Source: a virus
Lineage: Duplodnaviria; Caudoviricetes
Reading direction: 5' to 3' (one strand)
IMG/VR virus record: IMGVR_UViG_3300020440_000090
Location: 1-24,151 of that record
DNA length: 24,151 bases
Positions within the stretch are counted from its first letter, which is position 1; every line of letters starts with the position of its first letter. Shown piece after piece: positions 5,976 through 17,600 of this stretch. The position numbers and the translations under genes were made by a program. A model generated the notes under the pieces. The model was given only the letters and a program-made list of their open reading frames with translations, did not search any database and was not told where the DNA came from.

Positions 5976-7991
5976 TTACCCTCCAGTATAAATTATGAAA
6001 TTCATTGTCATAAATGGATTCATAACACTTATTGCTTGCCCTACGCTATCATCTGTCAATATGCCACCACTTGCAGGATACGCTTGACCAGCACCTGTTC
6101 CTGTTGGTGCATCATAAATAATTGCGTCATTATCATTTGGTGTGCCACTTACATCTCTAATTGCATAATATTGATCGCCGCTATCACCTCTAAGATCGTG
6201 TTCGTGTTCAGGCAAGTTTTCTGTTGTTATTGTGATTTGTTCTGCACCATCTTTTGCACCAATTACATCTGCAGATCCTGATGTTACAACATCAGCACTT
6301 GTTCCGCCCATGTTATCAGCACCTAATAAAAATCTACCACGTAAATCAGGTAGTGCAAAATATCCCGAAGTAGGTGATGCTTTATATGTAGTGCCAATTA
6401 CATTATATAATTGTCCGTAAGCACTTATTAAAACTTCTGTGCCGTCACATAATAACCAACCTACAGGCGCAGCGCCGCCAGCAAAAGGAACTACAGTTCC
6501 TGTTGGTGTTAACCCTTGTATTGCACTAAACAAATTTATTCTATTAATTTTTTTCAGTCCAGTGTCGCCTGATGTTCTGTTAATTAATAATTCATCATCT
6601 GCTTGAGAAAGCAACACATTAGGTTTACCAGCAACAATGTCGTTACTGATACTTGTGTTAAACACTTTTAATGTTCCGCCTGTCTGTCCGTCAAATACAG
6701 TGTCAGCAGCTGTTATATCTCCAGCAAATCTAAATGTTGTTGCACTTGTTAATCTATCTGAACTTCCTGCTCTACCCGAAACTGTACCACTTACGTTACC
6801 TGTAACATTTCCTATAAAAGTTGTTGCATACATTCTTGCATATTTTGCAGTTGTACTACCAATATCTTTTGTATTGTTTTCGTTAGGCACTATATCTCTA
6901 GTAGTTGTAAGTCCAGTGACATTAAGTTTACCACCTATATTTGTATCTTGTGCAACACCTAAGCCACCTGTCGTCCTAATGCTACCATTAGCGAATGTTG
7001 TACTATTTAAAGTTGATGTTGTGTTGATAAGTCCGCTTGCTTGTATGTTGCCTGTTACATCTAATTCTTGATCTGGAGCAACATTATTAATTCCAATTTT
7101 TAAATCACTGTCTATTCTTAAAACATTTTTAAGTATGCCGTCATTTTTTACTTTGAAATCAATAGACGAGCCAGCAATGTTGTGTTGGAATACCCCTGCA
7201 TTTCCTTCAACACCAATATTCATTTCAGCATTAATACCGTAGTTTATTCCTGTATTGTTTTGGACATTAATAGGAAATGCTGTTGTACTTGTTACATCTC
7301 CTCTTAAAAAGTTTCCAGCAGCGATAGTATTTCCGCTTACAATTAACCCTTCAGCTTTTTCTGCGGTGCCATAAAATTTAGGTACACCGCTACCTGTAAT
7401 GTTATTCGCACTTAGATTGAATCCTGGATTAAGTGTGCTAAATCCTGGAATAACAACTTTCGGAGTAAAACTTTGGGTTGTTATAAGTGCCACTGGTTTA
7501 GCATCTACTTCAATTTGTAAAACATTATATGTGACATCATCTGTACCTATTATACTTACAGGTGTGGCACCTGTGACCAATCCGTCACTAAAGTTAGGAC
7601 CTACTAATACCCATCCTGAACCACTAAACAGATATAATTGTTGGTTATCAGTATCTACCCAAAGATCTCCGATTAAACTTTGCCCTGCTTGCGGTGCAGT
7701 AGTTGCTTTTTTTAGTCCGCCACTTGCTACCCAATTTGTTCCATCATATACCTTTAATTGTTCTACGCCAGGTGTTGTGTCATACCATAACTGTCCTTCA
7801 ACAGGTGTTGACGGTTCTGTAGCACTTGCAAAATTTTCTAACAAATGCAAAAAATTTGTAGCAATAGTTGTACCATATGCTGTTGTATTTCTACCAGGTA
7901 GTCCTAATGATGTCTCTGTATTGATAGTATTATCTTCAACAGTTATTGTACCTTTGTTAGCTTGGTCAGTATATGCTATTGTATAAGCCAT
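5976..7991 (-). CDS. Tail fibre paralog 1 with phage tail-collar domain (short-fibre-like), 671 aa
   Basis: Shared N-terminal module (LPGRNTTAYG..NFLHLLENFA..GQLWYD). Classic collar signature PTGTVVPFAGGAAPVGWLLCDG..YGQLYNVIGTTY..FALPDLRGRFLLG (~6321..6510), then ITTENLPEHEH and terminal NPFMTMNFIIY. SD GGAG overlaps the upstream gene end. Confidence 0.88.
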   Translation of the reverse strand: MAYTIAYTDQANKGTITVEDNTINTETSLGLPGRNTTAYGTTIATNFLHLLENFASATEPSTPVEGQLWYDTTPGVEQLKVYDGTNWVASGGLKKATTAPQAGQSLIGDLWVDTDNQQLYLFSGSGWVLVGPNFSDGLVTGATPVSIIGTDDVTYNVLQIEVDAKPVALITTQSFTPKVVIPGFSTLNPGFNLSANNITGSGVPKFYGTAEKAEGLIVSGNTIAAGNFLRGDVTSTTAFPINVQNNTGINYGINAEMNIGVEGNAGVFQHNIAGSSIDFKVKNDGILKNVLRIDSDLKIGINNVAPDQELDVTGNIQASGLINTTSTLNSTTFANGSIRTTGGLGVAQDTNIGGKLNVTGLTTTRDIVPNENNTKDIGSTTAKYARMYATTFIGNVTGNVSGTVSGRAGSSDRLTSATTFRFAGDITAADTVFDGQTGGTLKVFNTSISNDIVAGKPNVLLSQADDELLINRTSGDTGLKKINRINLFSAIQGLTPTGTVVPFAGGAAPVGWLLCDGTEVLISAYGQLYNVIGTTYKASPTSGYFALPDLRGRFLLGADNMGGTSADVVTSGSADVIGAKDGAEQITITTENLPEHEHDLRGDSGDQYYAIRDVSGTPNDNDAIIYDAPTGTGAGQAYPASGGILTDDSVGQAISVMNPFMTMNFIIYTGG
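7780..7797. repeat. 18-bp direct repeat copy 2 (tcataccataactgtcct)
   Basis: Exact match to 5762..5779. Confidence 0.7.
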
Positions 7992-7994
7992 TTA

Positions 7995-8609
7995 TTATTC
8001 TCCAACCGTGCCAGCAAGACTTTGGATTCTAACAGTATAATCAATTTGGATTAACCTATTTAAACTTTTCTGTACAGGATGGAATACAACGTGTGTTAAT
8101 AAATTTCCTGTGCCGCTTGCATTATAACCTTTTAATCCTAATTCATCAAATACATATAAACTGTTTTGATCTGTTGCAGTATCAAATGCATCCTGCCCAC
8201 TTGGTTCGCCATAATCCAACAAACATGTTACGAGAACATCAGTATAATTTGTACCACTTACGTGACGTGTTTCAATTTTGTTTCTTACTGGATCAGTATT
8301 GTTTACGCTGTTGTCGTCTACAATCTTGGTATAAGTTTGGTTGTATAAACTTGCATTTGTCCCTGTAGAGTTAGGAGTCAAATAAGTAATAATACCTGTA
8401 GGATCCACACTTGTACCGCCATTACCAAAGCTCATTTCGTAAATCCAGCCATTCCCCCTATTACCGACACTGTCAGCTAACGCTATACTCATATTTTCAT
8501 AATGAATAGCATTATTTTTATCAATGTATACTTCTTTAGTCTCAGGATCAAATATCTTTATATGACCTTTTATTAGTATACCATTATTTTCTTTTAGATT
8601 ATCATTCAT
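7995..8609 (-). CDS. Virion structural protein, probable baseplate/fibre-attachment subunit, 204 aa
   Basis: Pattern GHIKI..KNNAIH..MSFGNGG..FDELGL..LLTHVVFHPVQKSLNRLIQIDYTVRI resembles baseplate-docking domains of myovirus fibre/wedge proteins. Lies between the giant protein and the fibres; preceded by a late box and SD AGGA. Confidence 0.7.
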   Translation of the reverse strand: MNDNLKENNGILIKGHIKIFDPETKEVYIDKNNAIHYENMSIALADSVGNRGNGWIYEMSFGNGGTSVDPTGIITYLTPNSTGTNASLYNQTYTKIVDDNSVNNTDPVRNKIETRHVSGTNYTDVLVTCLLDYGEPSGQDAFDTATDQNSLYVFDELGLKGYNASGTGNLLTHVVFHPVQKSLNRLIQIDYTVRIQSLAGTVGE

Positions 8610-8627
8610 TTTTATGTCCTACTGTGT

Positions 8628-8635
8628 TATTTATC
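8628..8635 (-). promoter_or_regulatory. Late promoter variant GATAAATA overlapping the TGA-TAA stops of the giant gene
   Basis: Minus strand reads CCC TGA TAA ATA; the motif ends 18 nt upstream of the ATG at 8609. Confidence 0.6.
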
Positions 8636-11600
8636 AGGGTAAGTCAACTGTTGTGGATCTCAAGAATCTACTAATATCGCTATCAGCATTACTTAACGCT
8701 GTTCCTGTATCATTCCAAAGTCTACCTTGTTTACGCACTATTATTACTTTTTGGTTCTCTCCTGGTGTCTCAAGCAATGCCAAGTTACTACCAGAAATGC
8801 TAAATTCTGCCGATAATGTAACATCACCTTCAGGACTATCTTGGCTTATTACTTCAGTTGATGTTGCATATGTTGTTCTTAAACTTGTATCTAACTGGTA
8901 TGATTCTAGTGTTGTTTTTCTAAGTCTGCGACCTGCTACAAAAACTTCAAATTCATTTACACTATTAGGTGTAAAGTCAAGTTCATAAGTATTACTAGTT
9001 CCGTCAGCAGTAAATGTAGATGTTATTATTTCATCTTTGTACGGCATCGACGAAGTTTGACTCTGATCGTAAAATTCTGTTCCCACAGGATAAGTGTCTT
9101 TCACTCCTGTACCAAGTGTTCCTCTTCTAAGTTGTGTAAGCACATTTCCACTTTTTCTAAAATATTCTATACGTTCTTTATCTATAAATATTACTCCTGG
9201 GTACCTAGATCCCGGAATTGGATCTGGTAAATTTGCGCCATTTTCAATAACAATTACTTTGTCATTATAATTTAGCGGTTCAACCAGTCTGTAATTTTGT
9301 GTTCCGTCTAATCTTTTATAAATATCTCTGTTTAAAATATCTTTAAACTGACGCCATCCAAATTTATTTTTTAAACTTTCTTTAGCAAAATGGAATGTTT
9401 CTATAGTATCATTCTCGCTAAGAGTATCCTTTAATTTAATACGCATTTTGTTTGGTGTTATAACATAATCTACAGAAGGATCTAATAGTTTGCCATTCTT
9501 AACTACCCAAACGTATTGATCATCAACTGCTGGACTTTGTAAGTTGACATAACCCGCTCTGAGCTGTCTTAATTCGTACCAATCAGCTGTGCCGTCATCT
9601 GGTGTTATAGAACCACCAAGTTCAACTAATTCAATAACATCATCTGTTGCTGTTGGAATTCCTAACGCTTGTAAATCTAAAACTGTTTGCTCTGCACCAA
9701 CTATTGTTTGTATCATTGCATTATTGTTAACTTGCTGTGGTGTGTTGTAATTAATATCATCAATTCTAACATTATTTAAATATACAGCATAGTTTTTTCT
9801 TATTGTAAGAGGTGGATTAAGGTTTAAGTTTGCTGTACTGCCGTCAAGTACAAAAACTTGTCTACCTGCATTTACGCCCGGTGACAGCAAAGTACGTTCA
9901 ACAACATCTAAACTTTGTCTTTCTATGCCTTGGCTATCATGATTACTAAATTGATATATTTTTATTTTATCATTTTCGTTTAGTGTTGAATAAATGTATA
10001 ACTTACTAGTATCTTCTACAAAATTGTTGTTGTTATCATAATATCCGTATCTATAATCGCCGCCGCTGGCTGTGCTATCTTCTTGACCAACAACATAGAC
10101 TCTTAAAATATCACCTGCAGAACCTACGTTTGCATTTAGCAATATTGCACTACCTGATTGTTCATCATCCTCTAATGCAGGATTAAATTGACCTGCACTT
10201 GTAAATGTCCAGTCCTGTATGTAAGTAAGTTCCTGTCCATTAAGATAAATTCTTAATTGGCCTGATCGTAGACTTCCAGTCGGAACTTGCCATAATTTAA
10301 GCTGGTATTCCTTACTATCAGTCATAATATATTTTTGTGAATATCCAGCATTTAATATAGTATCATTGACTTGTACAATAGTAAACCATTCATAAGGTTT
10401 TTGTGTGAACGGAGTCTGTGTTAAATCAAATACTGTAGTGCTTCCGTCAGTATCAAATTCATCTATAGTAACTGCACTAAAGTTTTGTATTTCACCTTCA
10501 AATATCGCATACTTGACTACTGCATCTGCAACTGGTGGTTCGGCGAATCTAATAACAATTCTATTTTCTGCTGCATATGTTGCATTGCTTTTTGTAATTA
10601 CATGCTCTACACGCTTTCCGTCTATTGTGACTAAACTACTTAAATTGTTTGTGTATGTAATATTTGTTAGAAAATCAGCACTGCTTCCATCAGCTACAAA
10701 CTCGTCTAAGTCTAAAATGTTGGATCCGCTATAATCAAGTGTTATAATGTTTATGTTTGAATTTGCAGAAGGTGCAGTTGTAAATTTTACTTTGTCTGTA
10801 GTGTTATCTATAGTATAGTCTGTTTGAATGACGTTGTCAATTTTTACAAATATATTCTTATCTAAAATAGGATCTGTTCCTATTCCAAATTCTGTAGTAA
10901 CACCGTCTCCGATATAATTACGACTGTGTATTTTGCTTGAACCACTAGTTGGTCTTTCATAAACTTTTATATCTACTGTGTCAAAAACTCTACCAGGTAA
11001 TTGTTCATCAGGGCCGCCACTGTTTGTAGGCGTTGCAAATCCATCGCCGTCAATATTAATTTCTTCTGCTAGTATACCTTGAGCAGTTGTATAATCTAAT
11101 TGACCTCCTTCTATAACGGTATCATAGCTACCTGGTACAGGAAGGAAACTTCCGTCACTAGTTGACTTTCGTACAATAATCTTATCATCGGCAGCTGTAG
11201 TAACACCTAATTCATCTAATTCAATTATTGTCTGTATACCGTCGCCTGTAATACTTCTCATTATTGCATTTGGATTTGTAAATGTTGAACTATCATCTAC
11301 CCAATCCGGATCATCTAATCTAACTCCATTTTTATATAAATTATAAACAACTCCGCTTTCTAAAGGACTAGTAAGTGTAATGCTAATTGTACTACCATCT
11401 AACTCAAATACTTCATCTTCGTAAGTAAGATCGTATGTATCATACTCACTTGTAAACCAAGGTCCGGTATCCCAACCAGTTGGTCCTCCAAAGTCAAAGC
11501 TCTTGACTTGAACTCCGCCGTAATCAACGCCATCCATAAGTTGGCCTAAATCTTTTGCAAATTGTCCTGTTTGAGGATCATATGCAATGTTTATCCTATC

Positions 11601-14600
11601 TTGGGCAGTTAATAAGTTTACTGCTTTTTTATATGCAATAACTATATTTGTGTTAACAGCTACAGGTTCAGACAAAGTAATTTGTCCGTGATATCTAGTA
11701 TAGCTTTTTTCTGTATTTGCTACATTTCTGTATGTATATTCGCTTCTTAAAAGTTCTATGTTGTCTACAGTAACAAATACATTTGTATTTTTTAAATCCA
11801 TAGGCCAGGTAAGTTCAAATATGTACTTTGATCCTGTTCCAGCAAATGTTTCTGTTTCGTTAATTGACGTAAAAGAATAATCTCTGCTGACTCTATCAAA
11901 TTTTACAACATTTGTTATTCCGCGTGTTAGTCCATCACCTAATATAGCACTAAGTTTTGCATTTTTACCTGTTTCTGATATACTACCTGTAAGTGTTAAT
12001 ATAGGTGCTGTAATGTAGCCGCTTCCTTTATTTGTAACTTCCACGCTTGCTACTCGTCCGTTTACTCCTAGTTTTGCTATTGCTGTGGCACCTGTGCCGC
12101 CACCGCCTGATAGTTTTACTGTTGGGGCTTGTTGATAGCCGCTGCCACCATCAGCAATTTGTATATCTACTACTTTGAATCCCACATTATCTGTCCAATT
12201 CTTATAAGGATATGTTGCTAAATCATCATCTAAGCCAATTAAATTATCGCCAATAACTTTAACGTTTTGTGGTTGTATATTTTTTGTAGTTGTGTTATAG
12301 CTAGGTGGTAAATCAAAGTCAGTAATTCTACTTTGGCTATTTTCTATTTTTTCGTAAGCACTTAGATATTCGCGGAGTTTAGTTTTAAATGGTTTTACTT
12401 CCTCAAGATATCTTTCATAACTAGGAAGACTGTCATTATTGAATGTTAAATCTTCACGAAGTTGTCCTACATTATGTTTTGCTTTTACAAAACTAGTTTT
12501 AAATGCCCAATCAACATTAGGTTGTTCACTAAACACATAGCGTAAACTTGCAAAGAATAATTTATTATATTCAATTGCTAGTTTTTCAGTATAAAGACTT
12601 TGTTTTATAAAGTTTAGAACTGATCTAATTTCTATGCTAGGTACACTATCAAAGAATTGTGAATCAAAACTAATAATATCAAAGCCAGTTGCACTTAATC
12701 TTGTATCATATAAAGTAGGCTTAAAGGCAATAGTGCCGTTTTGTCTACCTATAGTTTCGTAATTAACAGTATAGTCAACATTAAATTCATTTGCAATTTT
12801 TCTTAATAAAAGCCAGCCACCGGTTCCTACATTGTTAATTTTTACAATATCTCCAAGGTCATCGTTTATACCTTGTAATTGATAGGCTCCGTCGATTACA
12901 TTTTTAACTTCAGTAAACTGATTATATCCTGGGGCGTACCAGTCTATGTAATCCCAAAATAAACTTACATCATACGACTGACTTGCTATTCGTTGCCAAG
13001 TCCTAGCTACACTATCTCTTTCGTATAATGCCCATTTTCCTAAAATAGTTTCGTCATTGTTGACAAGTGCAGTATATTTCCTTATTGTGATTGTATCAGT
13101 ATCTAAATAATTTTTTCCACCATTAATAACTTCTACATTAGTAATAACACCTAAATTGTTTATAGTAAATTCTAATTCTGCTCCTGAACCTGTACCAGAT
13201 ATTTTGTATGTTGGTGCAACAAGATATCCTCGTCCAGGATTAATTACATCTACTCTAGTAATAACACCATCTACTACAACTAGTGACATTGTTGCCTGTG
13301 TTGCTTTTGCAACTCCTATAAATTCTAAATCTGCAACAGTATCAACTGTTGTATCAAATGTTCTGCCAACTACACTAGGCTTAGGATCTGCTGCTTTAAT
13401 TAAAGTAAGATCTTTATTATCTATAATTAAATTTTCTTTTAGTACACCATTTACTCTTTCAATAACTTGTTTAAGAGCTTCTGCACTGTTTACAAACCAA
13501 CTTTGTCTAGGTGAATTAAGTATTCCGTATTTTTGTTTTGGAGATAAGTCAGGAGCAGGAACTTGTTTACCTTGGTCGTCGTATCCTACTAAACTATCAA
13601 ACCATTTTCTTTCAATATCCCTATTAGGAACACTTGATGCTAATCCGTCTGTAACAATTTGATACTGATTATGTATGTTAATATTTTGATTATCTATTGT
13701 CCAGTATTGCACACTAAATGCAACATCTTTATTTTCAAGTAAATTGTCACAATTATAAATTGTAAAACTATCGGGTGAAATTAAAGCCGCAAATCTGTAT
13801 CCTTGACCTTTTGGATCTCTAATTAAATTTGCAACATCAAAAGAAGATATTGTTCTAAATTCTACATCGGGCGTTGTGCGTTTGTTTTTTACCCAGAAAT
13901 AATATTTTGTTGTTGTGCTACCAGTTATGCTATCATAAGTTTGCCTTGTAGAATAAACTGTATCATCATACAAACTAACACCGTCAATTCCTTGTTCTTG
14001 AGCTTCGTCGGTATCACTTAGATTGTTCCATACGCTAGGTAGCACTGTAGATTCTACCCATTCATATACATCAATTGTGTTGCCTTGAAACAAACTATTC
14101 CAATTATTTGCAGAGAAAATTACATCGGATTGATAAGAATTCAAATATTTTGCATTGGTTAAATCCCACCATAGTTCACCAACTTGTTCTTTACCCCAAC
14201 TAGCACTTGGCATAACTGTAACATTACTTCCGCCTACGGAATAGTATGCAGGATCGTAATAAGTTTTATATGTTAAATTTTGTTCTGCAGGACCCGCAAC
14301 TTTTCCTTGAACAGGATCTAAATAATCTAGATATGTTACTAATTTATTTGTTTTTGTGTTATATAAAATTGCACGTTTGATTTTACTAATATCAACAGTA
14401 TCTTTTGGTTGTCTTAAATATTCCCAAATATTTTTGTTATCTGGTATTCTAAAATCAATAACTGCTCCAGTGTATACTGAATTAACACTTGTTTTAGGTA
14501 GGCCTACATATATATGGTTATTTTTAAGTTTAAAGTTATTTCCAAAATTATTTATAGTGCTATCATCTGTTTGATATTGTAGTTGTTGTGCATACAATAA

Positions 14601-17600
14601 ACCATCATTTATTATTTCATAAACATATACAGAACCTTGCTGTTCATAATATTTTTTATATGTTGTAAATTCGTTATCAAAAGTAGTATTGTTTAAGTTC
14701 TTCTGGCTAGTATTATCTAGTACATAACTGTCATCGATAGGTTTTGAAAATGTATCAAATGTCGTGTCGGTCCAATTGTCACCATTTTTTGCATTTACAA
14801 TTAATCTTGATCCGTCAAAGTCTATTTTATTCCCAAAAAATTCAGAAGTTGTATTGCTAGGACTCATTAATGTTTGAAGATATGTAAATACTCCATTTAC
14901 CTGTTTGTAAATATAAACTTTACCTTGATTATTTTTATTACTATCATCTGACGGTGTTGCTATTGCAATTAGTTTGCCATCTTTACTGATTGCAATATCG
15001 TCCCCGAAACTTTCTGTACCACTAGGAGCAGCAATTTGTTGCGAACGCTGATATTGGCCGTTTAGTATTCTATATACAACAACAAGGTTTGGTTTACCAT
15101 TGCCGTATTTTGCATTTACAATCAATACTTCGCCGTCGGGTGTTAAATCAAAACTATTTGCATAATCATACAATAACCCCTGATCTAAAACTGTACTAAT
15201 ATCGTTACTACTGTCGGAAATTATTGTTATACCGGTATCATTTGGAACATATCCTACATAATCTATCAAATCGTCAGTACTATCCCATTGTAATGGATTA
15301 AATGTACCTGCTACTATATTTGTAGTAGCATTATACAATTTGTTTTCAATAGAAACAATATCACCAACAAAATAATTTGAACTCTCGCTGAATACTCCTT
15401 TATAATTTTTATTTTTTGAATATTCCCAGTTATAGAAAATATTATTTTCGGTTCCGTATTTTATGAAGTATATTCTTCCCGGATTATCAACTGTAGTTGA
15501 TGCCGGTGCACTTATAAAGCCTCTGTATACGTTGTTAGAATTTTTTGAAATTTCTACACGAGTACCTAGATAATTATTATCTTGTCTTTCAGATCCTACA
15601 TAACTTCCTAAACTAATATAGTTGCCGGCATTGTTTTGTTGGTAAATGTAGTAAATTCCTTCGTTAGTAAATGGAGTACCTATACTTCCGCCTGACGCTG
15701 TAGGAATTTTATATACCTCTGTCCAATCAAGGTTATCACTAGCAGGAGTATTCGCTGATCTCGGTATTCCGTTAATTGTATTTTCTTTGTAAATCCAATA
15801 TTCAAAATTATCGTTTGGTTCAAGATAAGCAAAATCTCCAGTCAATGCATCTACAACTATATTAGCTCCTAATTGAGAAACTGTTCTAAAATCTCCTGAC
15901 GGAGGTGTAATATTTGCTCCTGTGTCTACAACAAAAAGTTTACCTATACCTGCTGAATCATTTCCTAAACTTACACGCTGTATTTGTCCCATAACACGCG
16001 GAATGGTGTAGATTCCTATCCTACCATAATTGTCTGGATTCGGTCCTGGCGCATAAGGCAAAAATTCAATTTCAGCATTGTTTCCAAATTGGTTACCTTT
16101 ACTCCAATTACCAATAACATCTTTTACAAAAATAGTTACATTATTTAAACTTCTTTGATAAAAAACAACTTCTGCTGTTGCGCCTGTAGAAACATCACGC
16201 ACTCTCTGTCCTACAATAGGTTCGAACGGTAAACCGTTTAAACTTTTAGTATTTACATAACTAATATATCCGTCCCAGATATCATCAATCGTATGTTCTT
16301 GGTTAGTTGCAGAAAAACTTAATCCTATACTGCTTGGATCTAATAGTGCATCAATTACCGGAAGTACATTTATTTTCACACCTAATGCACCCGAAGCACT
16401 AAAAGTTAATAAATTTACAGCATCAAAACTTCCTGTGATAGTGTCTACTTTTATAACTGTTGCATTTGTAACACTTTCTTTTACAACTGCTGTTGCACCT
16501 GTAACTTGTTGCGTTATTATCTCGCCAGCACCTATTGTGACAGGATTATCTAATGTCATTGTAGATACAATGTCAGGCAAATTATTTAGATACAAATTAA
16601 AATCGTCACCTACCTGTGCAGTGTCTGATAAAACTTTTGGTGCTCTTACAACAAATTTTGTACTAATTATAGGATCTGAAGTTCCTAAAGGTCCTGGAGT
16701 TCCTGTAAAACTTAATGTTTGTATGAAACTATTAATTACACTTTCACTATCTTGAGTGTTTGTTTTGAAATCTAAACTTTGATAATAATATCCGTTTAAT
16801 GTGCTGTCAGTTGATAAGTCAGTTATAGATACAAAATCTGTGTATACTAAACCGTTGCCTGTGTCAAAATTTGTGTCTGCAACTGCATAAGGATTACTAG
16901 ATTGAACAAACCAATATCCGCCCCAAGAATCAGATGTAGTTATTTGTTCGCTTGGTCCTATTCTTTCGTACTCACCTACAAAGTCGTTACCATCAATAAA
17001 CAAACTATTAGCTAAAGGAAATTCTCCATTTATATCATTTACATAAATCGTCAACTGAGCAGATTCGTTGTGTGTATAGACTACTGTTCCTGTTGCTCCT
17101 TGTGTAGTTACTGTGTCTCCTATGGCAGGAATGTTATTAGATGCGTCAACATATAATATAGCATCTATTTTCTTACTAATAGTATGGTCAGATTCTAAAT
17201 ATGCTTTAGAAAGATATGGCACTGTGCCATCAAATGGTGATCTTTCTACTAAATTAATTTGTGATTGATTTGCATTTGCTAAACTATTCCATCTTAGATA
17301 TATCTGATCGCCAACTCCAGATCCGTTATACATACTTTTCGGAGCTCTAATTAAAAAGTGGTCAGTTGTAATATTTTTAAAAGGATAATCACCCGTAAGT
17401 ATTACAGGTATATCTTCTGCATCCTGTGAATAATTGTTTAAACTGTAGTTAATCTGTGCAACACTATCAAAGCTATTAAAGGTTATGTTAGCTACTGCAC
17501 CAAGAATGTCGTTATCAGCTTGCCATAAGCTGTTATTTAACCTTACAATATCGCCAGCACTATAATTAGTAGTTGTAGAAAATCCATTTTTAAAATTTGT

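Noticed and set aside
1505-7991. Diversity-generating retroelement, invertible tip cassette or CRISPR array acting on the fibres
   Set aside because: No reverse transcriptase or invertase, no ~100-bp template/variable repeat pair and no regularly spaced repeats were seen by eye in this window; a template elsewhere in the genome cannot be excluded.
1440-8633. Rho-independent terminators in the intergenic gaps
   Set aside because: Gaps are only 3-65 nt and contain no GC-rich hairpin followed by a U-tract on the minus strand.
14549-14556. TATAAATA on the minus strand inside the giant gene
   Set aside because: Mid-CDS and about 6 kb from the next gene start; expected by chance in AT-rich DNA.
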